Source: Squalus acanthias (taxonomy: Eukaryota). From it: a stretch of DNA of 64,000 nucleotides. Below, piece by piece: positions 62,501 to 64,000 of this stretch (position 1 is its first letter; the number at the start of each line of letters is the position of its first letter). Under the pieces are notes generated by a model that was not told where the DNA came from, did no database searches, and saw only the letters and a program-made list of their open reading frames with translations. Position numbers and translations under genes: made by a program. The stretch is taken from contig JASTWF010000035.1 of NCBI GenBank assembly GCA_030390025.1, positions 4,154,001 to 4,218,000 on the forward strand, written 5' to 3'.

Positions 62501-64000
62501 ATCTCCCGCTCTGTTTACACAGAATCTCCCGCTCTGTTTACTCACAGAATCTCCCGCTCTGTTTACACAGAATCTCCCGCTCTGTTTACACAGAATCTCC
62601 CGCTCTGTTTACACAGAATCTCCCGCTCTGTTTACACAGAATCTCCCGCCCTGTTTACACAGAATCTCCCGCTCTGTTTACACAGAATCTCCCGCTCTGT
62701 TTACACAGAATCTCCCGCTCTGTTTACACAGAATCTCCCGCCCTGTTTACACAGAATCTCCCGCTCTGTTTACACAGAATCTCCCGCTCTGTTTACACAG
62801 AATCTCCCGCTCTGTTTACACAGAATCTCCCGCTCTGTTTACACAGAATCTCCCGCTCTGTTTACACAGAATCTCCCGCTCTGTTTACACAGAATCTCCC
62901 GCTCTGTTTACACAGAATCTCCCGCTCTGTTTACACAGAATCTCCCGCCCTGTTTACACAGAATCTCCCGCCCTGTTTACACAGAATCTCCCGCTCTGTT
63001 TACACAGAATCTCCCGCCCTGTTTACACAGAATCTCCCGCTCTGTTTACACAGAATCTCCCGCCCTGTTTACACAGAATCTCCCGCTCTGTTTACACAGA
63101 ATCTCCCGCTCTGTTTACACAGAATCTCCCGCTCTGTTTACACAGAATCTCCCGCTCTGTTTACACAGAATCTCCCGCTCTGTTTACACAGAATCTCCCG
63201 CTCTGTTTACACAGAATCTCCCGCTCTGTTTACACAGAATCTCCCGCTCTGTTTACACAGAATCTCCCGCTCTGTTTACACAGAATCTCCCGCTCTGTTT
63301 ACACAGAATCTCCCGCTCTGTTTACACAGAATCTCCCGCTCTGTTTACACAGAATCTCCCGCTCTGTTTACACAGAATCTCCCGCTCTGTTTACACAGAA
63401 TCTCCCGCTCTGTTTACACAGAATCTCCCGCTCTGTTTACACAGAATCTCCCGCTCTGTTTACACAGAATCTCCCGCTCTGTTTACACAGAATCTCCCGC
63501 TCTGTTTACACAGAATCTCCCGCTCTGTTTACACAGAATCTCCCGCTCTGTTTACACAGAATCTCCCGCTCTGTTTACACAGAATCTCCCGCCCTGTTTA
63601 CACAGAATCTCCCGCTCTGTTTACACAGAATCTCCCGCTCTGTTTACACAGAATCTCCCGCTCTGTTTACACAGAATCTCCCGCTCTGTTTACACAGAAT
63701 CTCCCGCTCTGTTTACACAGAATCTCCCGCTCTGTTTACACAGAATCTCCCGCTCTGTTTACACAGAATCTCCCGCTCTGTTTACACAGAATCTCCCGCT
63801 CTGTTTACACAGAATCTCCCGCTCTGTTTACACAGAATCTCCCGCTCTGTTTACACAGAATCTCCCGCTCTGTTTACACAGAATCTCCCGCTCTGTTTAC
63901 ACAGAATCTCCCGCTCTGTTTACCACAGAATCTCCCGCTCTGTTTACACAGAATCTCCCGCTCTGTTTACACAGAATCTCCCGCTCTGTTTACACAGAAT
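44594..64000. repeat. 23-bp satellite (CACAGAATCTCCCGCTCTGTTTA)n with a 25-bp +CT variant
   Basis: At least 19.4 kb, highly homogeneous, continues past the window end. Confidence 0.99.

Overview
Repeat-dense vertebrate genomic DNA, most likely from a cartilaginous fish (inferred from the V-SINE/HE1-like SINE, the Deu/SacSINE-like tail, esterase-ORF1 CR1 LINEs and Penelope-like elements). About 41 kb is tandem repeat: a 22-bp array (1.6 kb), a 13-bp satellite (17.6 kb, with a 404-N gap), a 17-bp C-rich array (1.9 kb), a 40-bp minisatellite and a 23-bp satellite (at least 19.4 kb, running off the window). Most of the rest is nested retroelements. These include several CR1 copies (one near full length), an L2 fragment, a Penelope-like element with minimal hammerhead ribozyme motifs, two MITEs with 3-bp TSDs and SINEs. 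There is also a 5.57-kb endogenous retrovirus with two ~98% identical LTRs, a tRNA-Gln PBS and a decayed CWVC-type env, but no recognisable pol. The only candidate host-gene sequence is a minus-strand signal-peptide exon (9294-9381) with a triple-GAAA ISRE about 1.7 kb upstream. No intact multi-gene novel system is evident; the best leads are the pol-less env-bearing ERV, the putative interferon-responsive secreted/membrane gene, a frameshift shared by two CR1 copies, and a satellite growing from a CR1 5' end.
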